DNA of 64,000 nucleotides from NCBI RefSeq assembly GCF_009914755.1, contig NC_060942.1; one strand, 5' to 3'. A program made the position numbers and the translations under genes. Source of the stretch: the human T2T-CHM13v2.0 reference genome, Homo sapiens. This document shows positions 58,597 to 64,000 of this stretch, in pieces. A model generated the notes under the pieces. It worked only from the letters and a program-made list of their open reading frames with translations, searched no databases and was not told the origin of the DNA. How positions within the stretch are numbered: the first letter of the stretch is position 1; the number at the start of each line of letters is the position of its first letter.

Positions 58597-60544
58597 CTGT
58601 GAAGAGCAAACAATCAACAGTTTTCATTGCAAGGTGGGAAATAAATATTGCATTGCTCATGCAATAGCACAAAACTGCTTTCTATTTCATAGAGGAGAGG
58701 TATTGAATTAGGATATTAGGAATAGATATAAATATACAGATATTTATAATATTTGCCTAAATACTGTTTGCCATTTAAATGTATCAATAAGGCCTTATTT
58801 CATTTTAACTCCAGGACTTACTTTAGAACCACTGAGTTAGCAAATGCTATCAAGATTTCATTAAGCAAACAATGAATAATTGACTCCTGACTTTTTAAAA
58901 AGGATTGGATAGTATAGGTCTCTAAAATATACTGTTTAGATTTCATCTTACATGTTCTATTTTCTTAATTCACCAGATCCTTCTATACTCTACAACTTGT
59001 TATACAGCTGCCTCATCCCTACATATACAAGATATCTGATAAACTCTAAGACCTGGAGAGCTTCAAGTATTAATCTTTTCAGTACTTTTACAACTGTTAA
59101 AATGTTTAATTTAGCTCTCAATCAATTCAATGAAGTCAGCAGAACTGAAATTCATCACAAAGTAATCCCCTATGTCTGCTTCCCTTCACTGTAATGAACC
59201 AGTGTAAGAACATATCAAATCTGTCCAATAGCTTTAATCTGCTTTCAAACCATAACAGACTAGTCCAGGCTAGTTATAAAACTGCAGAGGACATCTTAAG
59301 TAACAGTAACATTCTCCAGTATACCAATCTCTTTGGAAATGTGGACACAGATCTCCAACTATTCTCTCTGTACATCCATCTTCTACCTATTAAATGGCCA
59401 CCAATGGTAGTACTGCAAATTCGATCCTTGGGCTGCGCCACCACTGCCACTAGTCTGCAAATATGTGCTGACAGTCCAAAGGAAGACATGCACCAGAATT
59501 CTGTTTAGGGCTTTGAAATAAGCATGGCATTTCCTTTCCCGTGTACATACTATAAGCCCTTACTTTTCAGGGGCTCGAAAAGTAAAAACAATATTGATGG
59601 TTTATCATCTTAATTTTTCTATTAGCCTCTACATTTTTATAACACTAATATAATTACAAAGATATTTGGGTATATTTATTTTGGGTTTTAGGTACAGATT
59701 TCTGCTTTATCTTCATTTTCTATCTTGTTTTCCATCCAAAGGATTGCTAATACAGTACTCTCCTCCAATTCTATCTTGCCCAGGATTTCAAGGCAAAGTC
59801 TTGAGAACTTCTTAAGAATTGAAAGAGACCAATCTGCTGAGCTTATGAAAAGAAAGCAACAAAAAACTGAATAGCCAATTCTAAAGGCCAAAACAGTTGA
59901 GAAGGCAAGTTTTAGCTTAAAAAAAAAAAGTAAATAAACTAAAGAAAACCTGCTCTGGCAACTCAGTCCTACTTTTTTAATCACTGTCTTTCTATAGCAA
60001 AGTATTAAAATAGTAAGTGCAAGAAAATCATAAAATTGTCATTAAGTTTGGCCTTGAGGTAATTGACAGAGAAGTTTGGTTACTTTGGTATTGTATATCA
60101 ACAACAATAACATATTCATTAAGTGCTTTATAACTTACACAAATTATGAACATTTAAGTTTTATTTTTGTCTCTTCATAGGCAAAGGTCATTAGAAGCTA
60201 TTAATACATTTTTATTTAAATTTTACCTGAAATCAACATTTTCTATGTAACAGGGAAGATACAATGTCGCTTTTCCTTTACTAAAATAAAAATATCTGTA
60301 TGAGAACAAGCTTCTGGGTTACTTTAAATGTCAATTCCAGAGGCATCTTAAGGCATCAACTTTCAAAGGATAGGCATTGTTTCTGGGAACACTGGAAACA
60401 TGAACCCAACACTAAGGCCCTTACATACATTTTTTAAAAAAACTTTAAGAACTCAAAAATAGCAGACTAAGTACCTCAAATGAAATGTCAATCATAGTCA
60501 TATGATGCGTTCTAATTTTAAATATCGGATTTTAGCTAATTCTC

Positions 60545-60710
60545 AATCTCTTTTAATCCTCACAGCTCTATGGTATGGGTATTATTACCCTCATTTGCAT
60601 ATAAGGAGAGAGAGACACAGGGAGCCTAAGAAACTCTTGAGGCATAAATTCAATGGATTTGAATGGAATTCAAATCTAGCCAAACCCATGTTCTAATCAT
60701 TACTATGTAC
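60545..60710 (-). mobile_element. MIR SINE
   Basis: tttaatcctcacagctctatgg...attattaccctcatttgcatataaggag. Confidence 0.7.
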
Positions 60711-61301
60711 CAAAATCAGCTTCATTTTACTTCCAACAGATAGCTTCCTAGCCTGAATCAAAGAATTTTGTGGAAGAATCTCAGAAATTATCTTTTCTGA
60801 ACTCTTCATTTTGTAGACCAAGTGAGGCTTGGGGACTTGCGTGAGTTCTCCGAAGATGGTAAAACAATGACTAGAAGAGACAGGACTTCAAGGTCTCTGC
60901 CTTTTGCAGCCAGTCATCTCTCCCTCTTAGTGTCATTTCTCTTGTTTTGTATCTGACTGCAGAAGATAAATAAAGTATATTTAATCATGTCTAGGTATAG
61001 ATATTCATACTTTTCTATAATTATCTCCCATTTTCATGTTATTTCATTTCAGAGTAAAGAGGAAAGAAGGAAGAAAAAGCAAACATTTACTTTAGTAATT
61101 TTAAATGTTTGAAGATTAAAAAAAACAAAATAAACAAAAAGAAAGCCAGACACTATCATCATCATTCCTCCACAAAAAGAAAAGGTAAAAGAAAACCATG
61201 ATGGCTACAACAGTTCCTTAGGTTTGTCTACTAAGCTGGGATGGGATCTCCCTGCTCTCCATCACAAAGCATCTGAGATGAGACAGAGCAGCTATTTATA
61301 G

Positions 61302-64000
<2,699 letters not shown>

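Noticed and set aside
58950-59560. Stretch that reads like a decayed coding or ancient LINE remnant, with 104-aa and 71-aa ORFs
   Set aside because: No recognisable protein motif in the frames I checked. It cannot be classified without a Dfam or tblastx search.

Overview
Primate (almost certainly human) genomic DNA from inside EPB41L3 (protein 4.1B / DAL-1; established locus chr18p11.3), transcribed on the minus strand. I resolved nine complete coding exons and the start of a tenth by GT-AG boundaries and phase continuity: 198, 105, 43, 76, 219, 88, 153, 98 and 176 nt, then a partial exon at the window start. They splice into one open frame encoding the end of the N-terminal unique region, the whole FERM domain and the FERM-adjacent region. 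The last exon has two in-frame acceptors 54 nt apart. The rest is intron, including one of 33 kb, filled with ordinary mammalian repeats: 12 Alu/FLAM/FRAM copies, L1 fragments (one 5' end with ORF1 and the start of ORF2), L2, MIR, MLT1 and MER52-type LTRs, and Tigger3, MER44, MER1 and MER5 DNA transposon fossils. Almost all ORF-track entries outside the exons and L1 are repeat-derived or chance. I see no prokaryotic-type system, CRISPR array or foreign insert, and no clearly new biological system. The best leads concern splicing and RNA regulation: alternative acceptor, internal Met, candidate antisense exons, inverted Alus, a possible stop-free circular ORF and a G4-bearing AluY. Exon numbers and repeat subfamily names come from recognition, not from a database run.
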